A stretch of DNA of 64,000 nucleotides from IMG/VR virus record IMGVR_UViG_3300013744_000001, positions 12,475 to 76,474 of that record. One strand, given 5' to 3'. The notes under the pieces were generated by a model. It was not told where the DNA came from and made no database searches. It was given only the letters and a program-made list of their open reading frames with translations. The translations under genes were made by a program, and so were the position numbers. Source of the DNA: a virus. Below are positions 61,342 through 64,000 of this stretch, piece after piece; positions within the stretch are counted from its first letter, which is position 1, and the number at the start of each line of letters is the position of its first letter.

Positions 61342-62121
61342 ATGTCAACGTCCACCCTCACTTCCTCCAACGCTATTTCTGCCACTCACCCGTTCCTGTC
61401 CGCTTCTGTCTTGCTCGATAGGACAGAGCAGACAATCAATCGTACTCTGTCTCAGATCGTAGCCGTAGACGATCTGGAATCGGAGTCGTCCTTGGCAGGC
61501 TCTGTTTTCTGGCGGATCAAGGATCTGCTCGATGAAGGCAGAGACACCATGACAGAGCAGGAGCGGCTCTGTCATATACAGTCTACGCTCCAAGCTTGGG
61601 CCACTAGTGCCATGCCTGACAGCATTGCTCATCAAGTTTGCCAAGCCTGCCTCAATAGCCTTGTGACTGTCACAAGGCGCAAGGCCTTAGTCATTCTCAA
61701 TCATCCGCTTTCACAGGAGCAGGTCGAGGATCTGGACAAGGCTTGGGGCGTCAGCTTTGACGCCATCATCACTCTTCCTTCAGAGCTCAAAAGTTTGTGG
61801 GCGAACATTCCGCCCGAAGCTGACGACATACAGGTATGCATGCATGTCCAGCCCGTCATCAATTGGGCCAGGAGCAGGGACATTGGCCTGCTGTCTGGCG
61901 ACATGATTATTATAGGCGGTGAGCTGGTAGCTACGCTTGCCGTCATAGCAGGCATGGACAAGGACATCCTGCCCGTGTGCGCAACCACTAGGCGCGAATC
62001 TGTCGAGAAGACCATGCCGGATGGTAGCGTTCAGAAAACGAACGTGTTCCGTCACGTTCGATTCAGACAGATACCAATACCAATACCAATACCAATACCA
62101 ATACCAGTATCGACAAGGTAA
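61342..62121 (+). CDS. hypothetical protein (259 aa) with C-terminal (IP)6 repeat
   Basis: 'CAGGGAGAAAAACC-ATG' RBS. Possible Rossmann-like core 'ALVILNHPLSQEQ...MIIIGGELVATLAVIAG', not assignable. Contains palindromic motif copy 5 at ~61659-61677. Confidence 0.55.
   Translation: MSTSTLTSSNAISATHPFLSASVLLDRTEQTINRTLSQIVAVDDLESESSLAGSVFWRIKDLLDEGRDTMTEQERLCHIQSTLQAWATSAMPDSIAHQVCQACLNSLVTVTRRKALVILNHPLSQEQVEDLDKAWGVSFDAIITLPSELKSLWANIPPEADDIQVCMHVQPVINWARSRDIGLLSGDMIIIGGELVATLAVIAGMDKDILPVCATTRRESVEKTMPDGSVQKTNVFRHVRFRQIPIPIPIPIPIPVSTR
62071..62106 (+). repeat. hexanucleotide tandem repeat (ATACCA)6 encoding (IP)6
   Basis: Read directly. Confidence 0.9.
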
Positions 62122-62130
62122 CATAACCAG

Positions 62131-62171
62131 CTTCACGGTGGCACATTGTCTATCGATGTGCCACCGTGAAG
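62131..62171 (+). other. 16-bp perfect inverted repeat hairpin 'CTTCACGGTGGCACAT'..'ATGTGCCACCGTGAAG' (9-nt loop) just after the 61342 gene stop
   Basis: Read directly; no U-tract, so it is a terminator-like or processing hairpin. Confidence 0.55.
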
Positions 62172-62212
62172 CGAACCATACACCACATACCAAAGACAAA
62201 GGACACAACGTC

Positions 62213-62629
62213 ATGGATACGAAAGGCAAGAACGCAAAAACTCGCTGGCAGGAATTCTGCACCACGGCCCATCACTGGCTGTGGGTACAGATCCTGGCCT
62301 GGCGTTACGCCCGTACGCTCTTTCCTGCCCATGACGTCATCAAGGGTATCAACATCCTTGTCTTTGGCGATAAGCAGGCTACGACATGGCATCGTAAGTA
62401 CTCAAGGCACCATACCGTAGTCATCAATCCTTCCTTCAAGGCTATCATATCAGGCGCAGGCCCAATCGATATTCGAAACAAGATCGAAGCCGCTATCGAT
62501 TGGGAATCTGCCAGATATACCAAGCCGGATAAGCCACTGACGGCTTACGAAACATGGCTTAGGTACTATCGTCATATCGACATGGTAGATACGCTCAAGA
62601 CCTTGGGCTTGTGGGGCAAGGTACATTAA
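62213..62629 (+). CDS. hypothetical protein (138 aa from ATG 62213)
   Basis: AAAGGA RBS; the track ORF 62021..62629 5' extension overlaps the upstream gene and hairpin. Confidence 0.45.
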   Translation: MDTKGKNAKTRWQEFCTTAHHWLWVQILAWRYARTLFPAHDVIKGINILVFGDKQATTWHRKYSRHHTVVINPSFKAIISGAGPIDIRNKIEAAIDWESARYTKPDKPLTAYETWLRYYRHIDMVDTLKTLGLWGKVH

Positions 62630-62632
62630 TAT

Positions 62633-62651
62633 CCTTATGACAGTCACAAGG
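62633..62651. promoter_or_regulatory. palindromic motif copy 6 'CCTTATGACAGTCACAAGG', ~30 nt upstream of the 62684 start
   Basis: Read directly. Confidence 0.65.
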
Positions 62652-62683
62652 ATGCAAACACAACCAGAATAAAGGAGAATACC

Positions 62684-63325
62684 ATGAACGAGACTCTGAT
62701 TGATCTGACTAATATTGCGGCTTACTATGCAGAGCCCAAAGACTTTTTCATATCCAGAGGTATGAGCCCCGATCCTTTCGACGCATACGATGGGATCGCA
62801 TGGGACAAGGTAAACAACACGATTGTCCGCACGTGCATGGGTGAGCCTAGGAAAAACTGCAAGCTCTACAGTCTTACCGACAAGGACATTGCTGCGCTTA
62901 ACGGCATGCTTGAGGACAGACTGATGGCGGAGACTGAGCAGCAAGAGTACGAGGACTATCTGCAAAAGGTAGCCAAGCCGCGGTTCGATCGAGCCCTTTC
63001 CTTCCTCCAAAGCCTGGCACCATACGTCAGGCACGAACGCTATGACGGCTATGTCAAAGGCAATGCAGAGTGGCAGTTTGTCATGCGCAATAACCGCAGA
63101 ATTGTCGTCATGCCTACAGATAGCCATGCTAAAGGCTTCATGGCTTATCCCATGGAAGAACCGATCTTGACTGTAGAATCGTTTGTCGATCAGGAGCTGT
63201 CCGACGACGAAATTCTGTCGGAAGCGATTAGTGCCATTGACAGACTTTGGCACGAACATGTTCAGGAGAAGACCAGGCGTTCCGATCCTGTTCTCGGAAC
63301 ATCCTTTTGGACAAAGCATATATAA
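62684..63325 (+). CDS. hypothetical protein (213 aa)
   Basis: AAAGGAGAATACC-ATG RBS. Confidence 0.55.
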   Translation: MNETLIDLTNIAAYYAEPKDFFISRGMSPDPFDAYDGIAWDKVNNTIVRTCMGEPRKNCKLYSLTDKDIAALNGMLEDRLMAETEQQEYEDYLQKVAKPRFDRALSFLQSLAPYVRHERYDGYVKGNAEWQFVMRNNRRIVVMPTDSHAKGFMAYPMEEPILTVESFVDQELSDDEILSEAISAIDRLWHEHVQEKTRRSDPVLGTSFWTKHI

Positions 63326-63348
63326 GTAACATAACCAGCTTCACGGTG

Positions 63349-63367
63349 CCTTGTGACGGTCACAAGG
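63349..63367. promoter_or_regulatory. palindromic motif copy 7 'CCTTGTGACGGTCACAAGG', ~35 nt upstream of the 63401 start
   Basis: Read directly; immediately preceded by the 23-bp direct repeat 'GTAACATAACCAGCTTCACGGTG' (also at 62118-62140). Confidence 0.7.
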
Positions 63368-63400
63368 ACACAAGTATAACTAAAACAAAGGGAGAACACC

Positions 63401-63832
63401 ATGATCGATAGCAAATTCGATTGGGAAAAGGCAAGGAAACAGATCGTCAACTTAGAGGATACGCTGAAGTATTCTTTGCATTCTTCATTAGGCAAGTATG
63501 CTATCTTTAAATTTTCAGCTTACGATTGTATGTGGGAAGGCGAAAGCTACTATGTGAACGATGTATATTCAACATCGTATAGCATTGTCCTTCCTGTCGA
63601 GGCTCTGTTCTTTCCGGATAACAAGTTTCAAGCAGTAGTACGAAAGGCAATGAGTACACAGATTCAACGCACTGGCCATGTGCTTGCTGATAAGCAAGAG
63701 GTAAGGCGAGTTTATGTCGACGAACAGTATTCGATGGTTGATTCCATCGAGCTATACGTCTTCAAAGATCGTCAAGTCTGTCCTTACGGACGCTTTGATC
63801 TGATTGTCGAAGACAGTGATAATGTGGAGTAA
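63401..63832 (+). CDS. hypothetical protein (143 aa)
   Basis: AAAGGGAGAACACC-ATG RBS. Confidence 0.5.
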   Translation: MIDSKFDWEKARKQIVNLEDTLKYSLHSSLGKYAIFKFSAYDCMWEGESYYVNDVYSTSYSIVLPVEALFFPDNKFQAVVRKAMSTQIQRTGHVLADKQEVRRVYVDEQYSMVDSIELYVFKDRQVCPYGRFDLIVEDSDNVE

Positions 63833-63862
63833 TCAGATCAAAGAAATACAAGGAGCAAAGTC

Positions 63863-64000
63863 ATGGAACGAGCTGGAAAGATGCCTGTCATTTACGATTC
63901 TGGTTGGGTCAGAGAACCGGACGATGACAACGAGTATGACAACGAGTATGACAACGAGTATGACAACGAGTATGACAACGAGTATGACAACGAGTATGAC
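63863..64000 (+). CDS. partial CDS (3' end outside window) containing a (DNEY)n repeat
   Basis: AAGGAG RBS; 'MERAGKMPVIYDSGWVREPDDDNEYDNEYDNEY...' encoded by a 12-bp tandem repeat 'GACAACGAGTAT' x >=6 from ~63923 to the window end. Confidence 0.45.
   Translation, partial: MERAGKMPVIYDSGWVREPDDDNEYDNEYDNEYDNEYDNEYDNEYD

Noticed and set aside
1-64000. Integrase, excisionase, CI-like repressor or transposase genes (to decide temperate vs lytic, or mobile-element borders)
   Set aside because: None recognised in this window. The many Bro/KilA antirepressors hint at a temperate lifestyle, but the window alone cannot establish it.

Overview
The window reads as a contiguous piece of a large tailed dsDNA phage (Caudoviricetes) genome or prophage. 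It is densely coding with tightly coupled genes (many ATGA stop/start overlaps), AGGAGG-type ribosome binding sites and near-consensus sigma-70 promoters. No rRNA, tRNA, CRISPR array, integrase or transposase was found.

Layout:
- 1-17.4 kb, plus strand: replication/recombination and packaging genes. These include a Cas4-like PD-(D/E)xK nuclease, an SSB-like protein, a compact family-B DNA polymerase, flavin-dependent thymidylate synthase ThyX, a VRR-NUC nuclease, an SNF2-like helicase, terminase small subunit, a CsrA-like RNA-binding protein, terminase large subunit, a putative portal protein, and a lipoprotein moron bounded by terminators.
- 17.4-20.1 kb, plus strand: a Bro-N antirepressor gene, a C5-cytosine DNA methyltransferase whose conserved motifs are split between two reading frames, and a GT-B glycosyltransferase.
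- 20.4-25.3 kb, minus strand: tail fibre, M15 peptidase endolysin, small membrane/coiled-coil lysis-type proteins and more Bro-N genes.
- 25.4-43.5 kb, minus strand: one operon dominated by a single 4382-aa ORF with at least four HExxH zincin-like motifs. This is a polyvalent-protein-type giant virion/ejection protein. It is preceded by a coiled-coil/lytic-transglycosylase/transmembrane protein carrying an (AQP)n tandem repeat, a lipoprotein and a pair of paralogous membrane proteins.
- 43.5-59.0 kb, minus strand: structural genes (putative scaffold and major capsid protein, Cys-rich proteins, a repeat-containing fibre-like protein). They are interrupted by a striking cluster of KilA-N/Bro-N antirepressor paralogues; at least 9 Bro-N/KilA-N-domain genes or fragments occur in the window.
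- 59.0-64.0 kb: divergent consensus promoters, a GC-rich moron with its own promoter and terminator, two arrays of about 12 copies each of 8-bp repeats, an AT-rich region with inverted repeats and iteron-like repeats, and a set of small plus-strand genes. Each of these genes is preceded by the same 17-19 bp palindrome CCTTGTGAC-N-GTCACAAGG (7 copies).

All functional calls come from motifs I recognised by eye and are unverified by any search.
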